Of a stretch of DNA of 64,000 nt, positions 10,947 to 21,714 are shown piece by piece. The position numbers and the translations under genes are program-made. The DNA comes from Paramoeba atlantica (taxonomy: Eukaryota; Protista; Discosea), in the NCBI GenBank assembly GCA_977017575.1, contig CDRNVI010000049.1:310001-374000 (forward strand), in the 5' to 3' direction. The notes beneath the pieces were generated by a model. That model did no database searches and was not told the DNA's origin. It was given only the letters and a program-made list of their open reading frames with translations. How positions within the stretch are numbered: position 1 is the stretch's first letter; the number at the start of each line of letters is the position of its first letter.

Positions 10947-11693
10947 TTATGCCGTAGAGCTGGCTGTCGCAGTGGCTCCTATTGCACTTCTTTTCCATAA
11001 CATTTGTTGATACAACGTTTCCTCTAAAAGTAGCATTTCATGACGAAGCTCTTCTTTTTCGACTTGTAAATTATTGATAGCGTTCTTCGCAGTCTCCAAA
11101 TCGTTTCGTAAACAAGCATTTTCTTCTTTGATCTTATCTATTTCCGCCGTCTGGGCTCCGTTATTACCAGTTAAGAGCTCGCTACTTTCTAATAAATTTG
11201 TGTCATTCTTCAGAGACAAAGATTCTGTGATACTTTTTTCCGAAGAGTCAAAATTCTGATGTCCAGCAGCATATTCTTTCGAAGAAATACCGAAAGGATT
11301 TATCTCATCAGCGTCCTTGTGGCCCAACTCTTGTCCTTCTGAGCCTTCTAGAAAGTGATCCTCCGAGATGCAGTACTGGTTCGAAACTGCTTCAATGGGA
11401 ATGCGTTGGTAGGAGGTCATCGAAGGATCCTTAACGCACGTAATAGAAATGGCACGTTCGATCGGAAGGATATTTTGGAGCCTGGCGATTTTGTATGTAG
11501 TGCAAGCATTACTCTTCCCGTAAGGTCCGCAATCGCGGTCTTGATACCGAACGAATTTATAGTTCTTTAAGCATTCTTGAACACGATTCGCTTTAGAATA
11601 GCGTACAAGAACGTCTTTGAGCGCTAACACTGAATTTACTTGTTGCAGATCCATATAAAGTAGTACCAATGATCCATATAATGTACTAAGCAA
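10947..11693 (-). CDS. Hypothetical protein with C-terminal coiled coil
   Basis: 248-aa ORF; heptad-like EIDKIKEENACLRNDLETAKNAINNLQVEKEELRHEMLLLEE. Confidence 0.6.
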   Translation of the reverse strand: MLSTLYGSLVLLYMDLQQVNSVLALKDVLVRYSKANRVQECLKNYKFVRYQDRDCGPYGKSNACTTYKIARLQNILPIERAISITCVKDPSMTSYQRIPIEAVSNQYCISEDHFLEGSEGQELGHKDADEINPFGISSKEYAAGHQNFDSSEKSITESLSLKNDTNLLESSELLTGNNGAQTAEIDKIKEENACLRNDLETAKNAINNLQVEKEELRHEMLLLEETLYQQMLWKRSAIGATATASSTA

Positions 11694-12243
11694 ATGCGTG
11701 CATGTATTAAAAGTGGTCTAAAAATATGACAAATTGGTGCATGTCGTTTTTTTATGTACTGGGAGACATTTTTCTGTGTAATATTATTCTGCGTTAATTG
11801 CGGGGGTTGTTTACAACTTCTCCATGCCTTATGGTGTCCGGGGTAGGGTGGATCGAGGAGGGTGAGAAAAGGGGGTCCAGACCCCCTCTATTCTTGTATT
11901 CTCGATTTGGGCGCAAATCGCTTTTAAAAACGTAGGTCTATGGATTCGAGCCCAGGTAGTCCGGTTGGTAAGATACACTGTTCATATTCTGGTGGTCCGA
12001 GCTTCGACTTCTGGTGGTTACATTTTCAGCCAGTCCCCTTGACCTTGAAGCGGTCGACTCCCCTGAATCTGAAAAGTACACAACCCTGGGCAAATGGGTT
12101 GCGTATCCGATACGAGACACCTTACGAATTCATGTGAAGAGGTCAGAGATTTCTCTCGATTGGCTACGAACGAGTAGTATCGAGAAGAAGGCCAAGTAAG
12201 CACCAGACTGTCAGCCTCCTCCTGATCTTACCCAGCGAATGGA

Positions 12244-13596
12244 GGATACTTGAGATGTACGCACTGTGGGTAACTGCGCGACTTCGTCAACTCTGATCCG
12301 GAGAGCAATGTTCTCAAGTCGCTGTATAATGTCTCCATCGACATTGACATTTTGTTGCAGGGGCTCGTCCTTTTGACCAAGGCGCGAGAGGCAGGACTTC
12401 TTTTTTTTCAAAGATGCCTAAAAGTCGGATGGACATGATGGAGTTTTTGAAGAAGTATTCTAGTGGGTTATGCGACCATAGCAAACGGGATCGAGAGGTT
12501 GTTATTCAGTGGTTGAAGACAATTTGTCGTGGTCTACGTGCCGATAATATTGAATACGGCAGAGTGCGCCGTGATCGCAGTAAGAATATTAGAGTAGAAG
12601 TTCAAGAAACTTGCAGTCGCACTGACGAGATTCTTGTTGAATTCAAGAAGGTGCAGAGAGGGGTCGGGGAATTGCCGGATGAAGTCCTTGTTCTAAGGAA
12701 AAAGGTTTCTTCACCTAGAAATCTATCTCTATATTTCCACTACCCAAATGAGCGTAACCTGCCGAATTGGTGGTTCACGGATAGGCTCTTACGGTATTAA
12801 CACATTGAAGGATGTCACTGAATTTATCATGGAACTGACGGTACCATGGGAAGAATCCTCGGACGGGGCGCAAAGCGAAACAAGTTAATAATAAAATAAT
12901 AAAATAATAATAAGATTTTCCACCGGCGAAGGCAAACGAACTCGAAGTGCCGGTGAAAGTCAAGCATTATTTCACAAAATAATACTTTTTTTGATGTGCT
13001 CATTTGATCATATTTATAAGTGTTTTTTATGTTAATTTTCGCATGTTGTCCCCCCCGTTTAAACGCATCACGTTTTCCGTGAAAAGTGCGCTTAAAAGGG
13101 GGGTCTGAATCGGCACGTAAAAAAAATTTGGCGCCGCTTCGCGGCGCCGGAGTATGCATTTCGACTCCATGTGCTCTTAAACGGGGAGGTCTGACCGGGT
13201 GCGCTTAAGGGGAGGGGGGACAGTATATCTGCACTATCCTCGATGGATTGATCGTCTTGCTCCGATTTCGAATGGATCGATAGTTTTAGCTGTAGTGTAC
13301 TCGCCCGCGCGCCGGAAAATGATGTTATCGAGTGGTTGAAAGGCCACTTGCGTTGAATCTGTCACCGGAGTACACTCTCAGAGTGCCGAGCACATGAATG
13401 GAATACTAAAAAAATACGCATGCGTGATAACGGCACACTTGGTGGTGGAGAAGAAGCGCGAGACAGCCGGCTGAAGTTTGCCGGAGACGCTGTAAATGGT
13501 AAACCTAAAAGAGGAGAACAAGACGGTCCTGCTCTCCGTCGCCTGTTTCAAGACGTGAATTGGTATTGCGAGGACGTGGAAATCGTTCTAGAATAG
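12244..13596 (+). pseudogene. Degenerate Merlin/IS1595-like transposase, interrupted by an insertion
   Basis: Fragments in colinear order: YLRCTHCG (Zn ribbon), VVIQWLKTIC, VEVQET..KKVQRGVG (D to Q variant of VEIDE..RKYNRG), WFTD, then after 13223 VESVTGVHSQSAEHMNGILKK and ALRRLFQDV; stops and frameshifts throughout. Confidence 0.5.
13046..13223. mobile_element. Short TA-type MITE-like element or element end
   Basis: Right end GGGGGGACAG|TA; imperfect left end TGTCCCCCCC; GCGCTTAA and GGGG.GGTCTGA each occur twice internally; perfect hairpin GGCGCCGC-TTC-GCGGCGCC at 13130-13148. Confidence 0.5.
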
Positions 13597-13828
13597 TTTA
13601 AGTGAAAGTAATATAAGTGTAAGATGCTATAACATTATTATACCGCAATATTATACAAAATAATGTTCTGCATTTATGAGATTAGTACTATACGGACGAA
13701 TACGCGTCATGTACATGATCTTTTTGACGAAAAATCATTTCATTTTGGCGAAAGGAAAATATACAGTATCCATAAAACATCCTCTCCCTAGAGTGCATGC
13801 GTGTACATCTTCGAGGGGCTAACGAGCG

Positions 13829-15791
13829 TCATTCGGGTACCACCAGTGTACCGCCATCCCGCCATTTAGTCCATGCGTTAACATATTCTAGAACTTCACT
13901 ATATTGCACCACGCTAATTTTCTTTTTTAGCCGCTTTAATCCGCATACCACGTCGACATAATTACGACACTGCAAATAATCGAACAGCTCAGAATCCATT
14001 GCTGGAGGGGCGCTCCCATGTATTTCACAGAATACTGCGAAGTACTTGTCCGCAGGAACTCTGTAGGAGAACGTGTGTGCAGCTGCTGAGCTCTGCTCCG
14101 GCAATATAGTAATACAGCTGTCCGGCTTTGCTAGTGGAGTCTCCATACTGATACTTACATTTGATAGTGACGATTGCCCAAGCTGAGACTTTACTGCTTC
14201 TTCACAATTTTTTGAAATGGGGCTTCTTCTTTCGACATCAATTACAGAGACTTCTTTCCCCTCAACGTCGTTAATCCTCGATTTTAGCTTCTTTATCGCA
14301 TTATTCGTATGAAAAGGCGAAATATGGAGCTTAGGCCGATAAAGACTTCGAAGCGAGCCTTGGGCTTTCATCGCTTCCCTATTGCGCTTCGACAGGGTAG
14401 CAACTAAACCGAGTCCCCGAAGATCGCCAATGTCACACGAAAGATTTTTATAAAGCGCGAGCGCTGTGTTCAGCATAGCAGTTACCTCACTTGTTGAAGG
14501 AACTATTGACATGCTTTGCGCAAGATCCACACACCATCCATGGCCTCCGTGTTTTTTAGGTTCCTGTGGAGCCTCTGGATGTCTCTTCTTCACTTTAAGA
14601 GTCAACTTCGAGACTTGCGCAGAGAGGAGCTCAAGCTTGATGCGCAATTGCTCAGAAAGCTCACGTAATAGACCTGAAAGATCGTCAAATGATTGCGGCC
14701 GGACACCGTAGTTCATCGAGCAACTCACTGATTTGGGCATCAAACTGGTGACCTGCATACCAGAAGAATATGTGGGAATAACTTTTCGAATACACATCCC
14801 TTGAGAGGTGCGTTGCAGCGTCGCGCCTTGAACGGGACCGAACTCACTTTGCAGGATTGCAAGAGGTGTGCTTCGCAGCTGCGCGCACGTATTTATGCCA
14901 TGGTTCTCCAGACGTTTGGCCGTGATCCGACCGATTCCGTAAATCATGTGCAATTCTTGGGAATCAAGAAATTCCCTAATAAGTTCAGACGAAAATAAAC
15001 TTTTTTGCCCATTTGGTTTTGCGACTTGCGTGCACATGCGAGCCAACAGTACATTGGGAGCAATACCTGCGGAAAGTGTACAGCGCGTTTCCTCGAACAC
15101 CCTTTGTCGAATATTTAACACAAAACGATCTACTTGATCAATCACTGAGCTCCCATCATCAGTCTCAACAGGAAAATTGTCAAACGCGACTAAAAAGTCA
15201 TCGACAGCCAGTATTTCTAGGGAGGAACGCAGAAATCCCACTTTTCTGGCTTGAAGTGCAGCATCATTCATTTCACGAGTAAGCTTTGCCAGCTCTTGGA
15301 GAACGATGTGATATACGTTCTTCATAGTCGCTACGTATGCAGAAAAATCATAGTGTACTAGTTGACTCTGGACAAACTTGTCTAGCCCTGGAAAGCAGCA
15401 TTCCGCCCCGTACCCCTCGTTCTCGAGCAGGATAATTGCAGGACGAAACTTCCCCGTAAGAACCTCCGTGCCCAACCGCAATGGGAATCAACTGCAAATC
15501 TTCACGATCACGCACTGCTACGGATGCGAAAAAGCTATCCATATCAAAGTGAACAGCAATTCGGCGATCAACTGGTGGAATATTACCTAACGGAGGCACT
15601 GCATCTGTTGCGACTGCAAACAAGTTCTTACTGGAATTTTTGCAATTTCCGTCAAATTCAATGACTGCCCCCGCAATGCTGTTCTCAACGCCTTGCTCTT
15701 GAAATAGATCTCGAAGTATTTGCATGGACCGATATTTCCAATCCCCAATGAAATGCAGACGGCTGTTCGAATAAAAATCCAGGACGTGCAT
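13829..15791 (-). CDS. REV1: Y-family translesion polymerase REV1, split by one frameshift near 15370
   Basis: FYSNSRLHFIGDWK, HFDMDSFFASV, SSCNYPARERGV in ORF 15348-15791, continuing after a 1-nt shift as LVHYDFSAY, SAGIAPNVLLAR, AKPNGQ, IYGIG, KSVSCSMNYGVR and a REV1-type C-terminal domain in ORF 13829-15481. Confidence 0.85.
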
Positions 15792-15872
15792 CCCTCTCTT
15801 AAGTTTTCTTTACATTGTCGAGCGCATTTTCAAATTCTCAATTTTTTTTCTATTCTATATTTTTTAGCTACG

Positions 15873-15917
15873 GTACCCCCCACTTATTAAGTGGGGGGTA
15901 CAATTAAGTCTTAATTG
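15873..15917. repeat. Two abutting perfect palindromes at the island edge
   Basis: GTACCCCCCACTTA-T-TAAGTGGGGGGTAC (15873-15901) and CAATTAAG-T-CTTAATTG (15901-15917). Confidence 0.9.
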
Positions 15918-16517
15918 CCTCCCCTATTTACTGTGCCCCCCCCCACTTATAGTGCCGCGGTTTTCGACCAAACGGCACCTTAAGTGGGGGGTAGTATGTT
16001 TCAGATCGAGGGTGAAAATTTTTTCAACTTCAAAAAAAAACGTCGTAGAATGGTAGCTGAGGTCCAAAGCTCTTAAAATACGTTTTAGGAGTCGATTTTG
16101 TAAAATAATATTTTTACTTTCTTTTGGGTAAAAAAATAAATTTTTGGTCACCACAAAAATTTCGGAAATTTTGACCTTTTCGGACCCCTCCCGCGCGTAC
16201 CAGGTGGGGTGGAAAATTATCGCCGCGGCATACTCTACCACTTCCCTGCGCTCGATTTTGAAAAGCGAAAAATTCGAAAAAAAAACGCGACGTATGCCCC
16301 CCCCCCTGGACCCCCCACTTTTTTCAATTTTTTTTTCAATTTTGGACCCCCGGAGCCCCCTTTTATATTTTTTTCTTCTATTATATTACTGTGTTCCTCT
16401 TTGTATTTTCACTTTTTTTGTTCACTTTTTTTTCAATAATCGAGGGTAGAGCGGTAGTTATACAACCACCGCAATAAAGATGCCCTACACCCCCGCCGAA
16501 AAAGTATTGTAATTTAT

Positions 16518-16615
16518 TAGAGGGGTGAAACCTGCAGAAACGTCAGTTGAGCGAACACAGGCGAACACGCTACTCCTAAGCCATTTCAATGGGAAAAAAT
16601 ACTTAGTCAAATTTG
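16518..16615. mobile_element. Terminus of a TAGAGG(GG)TGAAA family (hAT-like end) with 10-bp phased repeats
   Basis: TAGAGGGGTGAAACCTG, GCGAACACAG-GCGAACACGC, TACTTAGTCAAA; related sequence at 48341-48400 and inverted at 49842-49858 and 33241-33255. Confidence 0.45.
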
Positions 16616-16988
16616 AGATTTGTCTTGCGAATTCCATAGCTTGGACTAGTAAACTAGTAATTACTAAAAGTAGTAAACAGGCTAGTAATTACTAAAGTTA
16701 CTACTTTTTTGGTCACGTACTTTTGATCAGATTTAGGTAACATGTTAAGCTTTGGAAGAGCTCTACTTTACAGAAACGGTATCTTTATCGGTGTGGAGAC
16801 TGAATATCACCATCCTCCATTCATCTGAATATCTCAATATGTGTATTTGTAAACACAGGAAATGACCCACGCGTTCTTCAATGTGCCAGAAAAGAATCTC
16901 ATTATGAAATGCATAGATCGTCGTCCAAAATTTAAAACTGCTTCAGATCAGCCCAAATATATATTTTCACCCCCCGCTCCCACCCCAG

Positions 16989-18200
16989 TTAGCGCACCCC
17001 GCGACGGTACCAATCCTGTACAGCCGCTTGCACTATCTGGGCATTGTCCTTCTGGATGGCTACTCCCATAGCCATAAGGTGAGAGAGAAATCCGGCCCTG
17101 TCGGACGTGTGTGCTCTGGCCACCCTATTGAGAAAATTGAGGGTCTCTGGGCCAGGCACCCCATAGGTGGTGAAGGCCAGGGGGAAAAAATCCATCCCTC
17201 TGGCGGCCGCCATCTCGTCATGGGCGCGGCGCTTGTTGCCTTCCGTCATCCTCAGTGTATAAGAGGGATGGGTGGCCTCCTTGTCTACGTAAGACGGGGC
17301 CAGTGGGTTGACCACGGTGACGTCCACAAGGGCGAGCTTCCGGCCCAGTTGGAAGCATACAGGGGGGTAAATCAGATGCTGCGGGGGGTCTAAAAATTGC
17401 AAAACCCTTCAAATTTTGGAAAATGATCGCGCATTCGAGAGCTCTCGCAGAGTTCTATGTTTTTGCGCTATTTTTACCCCAAAAGAAAGCAATTTTGTTT
17501 ATGGCATTTTTTTTAAAGTTTTTTTGCCCCTCTAAAATTTGCAGTTTTTCCCAAATTCGACATAGTAGTAGAAAAAAAAGGAGCAAGTTGTAATTATTAG
17601 TCGTCTAAAACCTTTCTCACAATTTTTGCATTTTGAGGCGTTTTTGGGCTTCTTGTCAGTTGAACACCCCCCTATACCCCGGGAAACTGCCTTTTCTAAA
17701 ACATAGAACTCTTCGAGAGCTCTCGAATACGCTATCATTTTCCAAAATTGGAAAGGTTTTGCAATTTTTAGACCCCCCGCAGCATCTAATTTACCCCCCT
17801 GTATGTCAGGGCCTCGACCGTTGTCGAAACTGGGTTCGCAAAGGTCTGGGGAGAAACCATAGTTGATTAGGAGGTTTCGGAAGGTTTCCTTTACTACTTT
17901 ATGTCGAGAGGCTTGGGTCTTGCCCCTGACCTTCTTGCAGTCCAGCGCGTGGACGCAAAAATCCTCGTTCCTGAGGGTGGCGCCGCACACGCACTGTAGT
18001 TCAGGTTCGGAGGTCGGGGAGACCAAGTACCGAAGGCGGGCCGCTGTTTCCCGCTCGGGGTCCCGCATGTAGTATTCCGGCCTGTTCGGCCACGCATTCA
18101 TCCATTTGGTAGAGTGGATCTTTTGAATCTGTCTCATACAGACCAAGTGCGTGGCCGAGGGGGCCTTCTGGATGGCCTCCTCACAGAAGCTGCGTCTCAG
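16989..18200 (-). pseudogene. Zinc knuckle plus restriction-like endonuclease, split by a MITE
   Basis: Removing 17360-17801 and one TA gives GRGPDICFQLGRKLALVDVTVVNPLAPSY...K...FFPLAFTTYGVPG, an intact PD-(D/E)xK core. Confidence 0.85.
17360..17801. mobile_element. 442-bp MITE with long TIRs and TA target duplication
   Basis: CAGGGGGGTAAAT(C/T)AGATGCTGCGGGGGGTCTAAAAATTGCAAAACC inverted at both ends; TA at 17358-59 and 17802-03; precise excision restores the host reading frame. Confidence 0.95.
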
Positions 18201-19615
18201 CTCCTTGGCTGGCGTACCTGAGTGAATCCTTGGAGGGCGTTTTTGGCTTTGCCTTGCATGTCCTTACCTTTGTGCTCGAAAGGAATGGTCCCTAGGAAGT
18301 CCGCCGTAAAAAGGGGATTTGAGAACGGCGACTTTCCAAGGGGGCCCATCCCTCCGAGTAAGGCTTCAGAGCACGCCTTGATGGCACAGTCAATTTGTTT
18401 ATTGGCCATCTTGGTGACCGGGGGTTCGTGCGTCCGCATAATATAATTCCAGCGCGGGCTGCCGCATAGCCGCAGGAGGGGTAAGGCGCATTGCCTGGGG
18501 AGATCCTTCAGTTTCCCCAGGAAGGAGGCCACCTTGGGTACCTTGGAGAGCACCCATTCCTCCTCAACCGACTCCGAAGCTCCAATGTAAGCTCCAAGGA
18601 GCTTAACCCCGCCCGGGGAGTGCACCATTCTGGTACTTTTGAAAGCCAAGTATAGGTCATCCCCGCGGGTGGCGACCTTACTCTTGGCAGCGTTGAGCTT
18701 CAAACCAAGGAATTTGATTTCTCCTTGGAGGGCATCGAGGGCCTCCCCGCACACCTTGGGCTCCCCAGAGAGGGTGACGTCATCGAGATAAGCCCATAAT
18801 TTCAAGGAGCTGGGGAATTTGGCCGCCACTCGAGAGATGGCCCCCTGTATCCCGATCGCGAACAGGATAGGGGAGAGCGGGTCTCCCTGTTTGATCCCCC
18901 TGGTGCTCATGAGGACATTGCCCTCGCCCAGATGAAGAGCGCTGGGTTTACCGTATCCGAAAAGGGTAATGCCCTCGAGGGGGAGAAGTTTGGGGTTCCC
19001 CCGTATGGCCCTGAAGATGGCTGACCTCGAGATGCTGTTAAAGGCATTCTCGAGGTCCGCCGCGACGATAACCTCGTCGGGCCTGTCTCGGAAGTGATCG
19101 CGCACCTCGTACACGATGTGTTCACACCCTTGGGTGTATTGGGCCCCGAATTGGAGCCCTTGGAAGACCGTTGGGAGGTGTTCGCGCACCCTTTCAAGGG
19201 CGAGGAGTCCCGCCAGCTTCAGGAATACTTCGCCCATGGCAATTGGTCGATAGGTCGAGTGATGCCCCGCGGGGGCACCCGGTTTGGAAAACAGTTTAAG
19301 GGTGGCCCCCGTTAGTATCTCCCTCATGGAGTTAGGGAGGATGTTCGTAATGATACCGTGGACAATCCACGTCACACATTCCCGGGGATCATCCTCCATA
19401 AGCGCCGGGGCCAGTAGCTCCTTGGTCCACCCGGACGGTCCCGGGGCACGGAGCGGAGCCAAGCCTCGGACCTTCCGGGCCACATCCGCCGAGGACGGGA
19501 GCGCCCCGTGGACGTCTTGGTCGTAGCGATACAGGCCGGAGGTATATGGGCCCCCGGTCGGATGGAGGCGTCTTGCCTGGTCTAAGGCCGCGGAGGGGTT
19601 AGCGGGGGGATACAA
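18197..19615 (-). pseudogene. Reverse transcriptase domain of the RLE retrotransposon
   Basis: 472-aa open segment with all RT motifs intact, including YLDD; frameshifts at both ends. Confidence 0.9.
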
Positions 19616-20373
19616 AGGGGCTTCGAGGAGAAAGCGCCCGCTCTAACCAGTTCCTCAGCGAGCTTGAGCGCCGCGGTGGGTGAACCGTTATCTTGAATAG
19701 GCGTGGGGGACATGCTCTCTGACCCCTCGAGGAAGGCGCGCTGGCGCAGTTCCCTGGCCATTTGCTTCTGAGAGAGCTTCTCCTCCGGGAAGAACAGGAA
19801 GCGTTTTACCGAGAGAATGAGGTTCCAGGCGGTCACAATCTTCTGGTAAGGGGATTTAGATGGGAACCTGCGGCAAACGTGAGCTAAGTGTTCTCTCCAC
19901 GCAGGGGTCTGGACTGCATAAAGTTTGCGCAAAGAGCCCCTCCCCAACAGTTCCGCCAGGTTTTCGGGGGACGGGGCGTGGTCGGTTCCTTCTATATACG
20001 CGCTCTGTGTGCATGGGGGCGTAACGGACACAGGTTCGGGCGGGGTTCCGGCCGTGTGTGCGGGCTCCGGCTGGAGGGGGCCGACCGTAATGGCCGCCGC
20101 CACGATCCCTTCGAGGATCGTCCCGCTGACGAGCGGGGTGGGCTCCCCCATATGGACCGGCGCGAGGCTGCCATCCTCGGAGTGTTGCTCTCCGGCGTGC
20201 TGGTTGCCCTCCCCCTGACGAGGGAAGTTGGGTTCAGAACCTTTCGGGAGGTTACCGGCCTTTGCGGGAATGCTGCGAGGTTGCGGGGGGGCCCTAGCAT
20301 TAGGAGGGGATGTTACGTAAGGGCCTGAAGGGAGGCTGCGCGCGAGAGACCGAGTATCGCGAGTCTTGCGGTG

Positions 20374-20400
20374 AGGTCCCGGGTTAGCCTCGATGCACCC
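20374..20400 (-). other. 2A/StopGo-like motif GCIEANPG|P
   Basis: Translation LRRGCIEANPGP in ORF 19582-20850; matches GD(V/I)ExNPGP except D to C. Confidence 0.55.
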
Positions 20401-21714
20401 CCGTCTCAAGTTGCATCGCACCAGTTCCGCCCACCACCCCGAGTCGGCGATTAAACCCTCGGAAGGGAGGAAATACCAGTATACGGACCCTTCTTCTGCC
20501 TCAAAAGGGGTCCATGCACATGCGAAGTCGTGAGCTAGTGCCAACGTGTGGCAAAGAAAGAAGGGAATATTTTCTGCGGGGAGGGGGGCTTTCGTGTTGA
20601 TGCATGAGCCGTGTGTTGTTCCGTCGAACACCCTGACATGGTGTCCGTGTAGCGAATCGTTGAAAGGTACGAGCAGGGTGGCCCAAATACTGGGCGAGGC
20701 GCCCACGTCCTCGTCTGTCTCCAGGTAGGGGCCTCCCTGGTCGCTGGTTAGGCATACGCGGTCCGATGGGACCCCTAGCGTGAGGCCGACTGTGTGGGCT
20801 AAGCCTTGGAGTGGGCATCCGGGTGGGACCGGAACCATGATGTGCCCCATAGCGTGGGGTCCTAGGTGCAGGTTAACCTTGGTCCAGACCTCCTCATGGA
20901 GTTCCAGAGGGGGAGGGGGGGCGTCCCCTGTGGGCCGTGCGCTCCCCCCGACGGGTGGCGAAATCGAGGGGCGTCAGCCATAGGGGGCGGCGGAGAGTCT
21001 ACTTCAATGTGCCCACTCGCCGGGGTTGTCGGGGCCCTGTTTAATAAGGCGATGCGCTGCAGTTCCCCGAGCCACACGTTGTGGAGTTCGGAGGCTGAGG
21101 CCCACTGGAGGTCTGAGATATCTGAAGCTCCCCACCGGTGTTCCTTGAGAAGGTGGGCGGCGGTCGCGCGGACAGCGGCCTGTTCGTGGACGAGCTTATG
21201 TTCCGCCAGCTTCCGCTGATGGAGGAAGACTCGCCCACAAGTATGACAAAGATGTGCTCGATCCTCGACCAGTTTGCGTTCCCTATGCTCCTGCCTCGCA
21301 TCCTGGCAGAGTAGGGCGAGCCACTCTGAGATGATGTCCTCCCGCGCCCTCGCGAAGTCGGCCTCCAGAGCTCGGGCAGCGCTCGCTAGACGATGCTCTT
21401 CGACTTCGTGTCTGAGGTCCGAGGACACTCCATCCTTGCGTCCCCTATTGAAGAGAGCCCCCATAATTTCGGCATTCTTAGATGCTATGATCGCAAGTTG
21501 GTCCTGGAGCGGGGGTGCTTTGCCAGTTACGGTGCCGGAGGGGGGTTCTGTACCTTGGGTTGATAGGCGCGGAGGGATGGGTGAGAGCAATCTGGCCTTA
21601 TCCGCGTAAGAGTGGGTCAAATGGGTGGGCGTCGGCCGAGGGGCGAAGGAGACCCGGGATCTCAATACTGTTCTCAACATTAATATCTCAATATTAATGT
21701 GTACTACAAAACAT

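Larger units (their letters stand above)
16841..21681 (-). mobile_element. RLE-type non-LTR retrotransposon (CRE/SLACS-like), decayed
   Basis: C2H2 finger CHTCGRVFLHQRKLAEHKLVH; RT motifs YRPIAMGE, ADLENAFNSISR, GIKQGDPLSP, AYLDD; knuckle CVCG...HALDC; RHKVV; PD..VDV endonuclease; three frameshifts; candidate 13-bp TSD AATATCTCAATAT at 16828-40 and 21682-94. Confidence 0.85.

Noticed and set aside
11941-12020. tRNA-like T-loop (GGCTCGAATCC on the minus strand)
   Set aside because: Mismatch to the T-loop consensus and no D-arm or acceptor stem
13149-13200. Helitron 3' end (hairpin plus CTRR)
   Set aside because: No CTRR at the expected distance from any hairpin and no Rep/helicase ORF
20850-20980. 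Programmed frameshift between retrotransposon ORFs 20862-21680 and 19582-20850
   Set aside because: No clear phased slippery heptamer, and the element has two other frameshifts plus a MITE, so decay is more parsimonious
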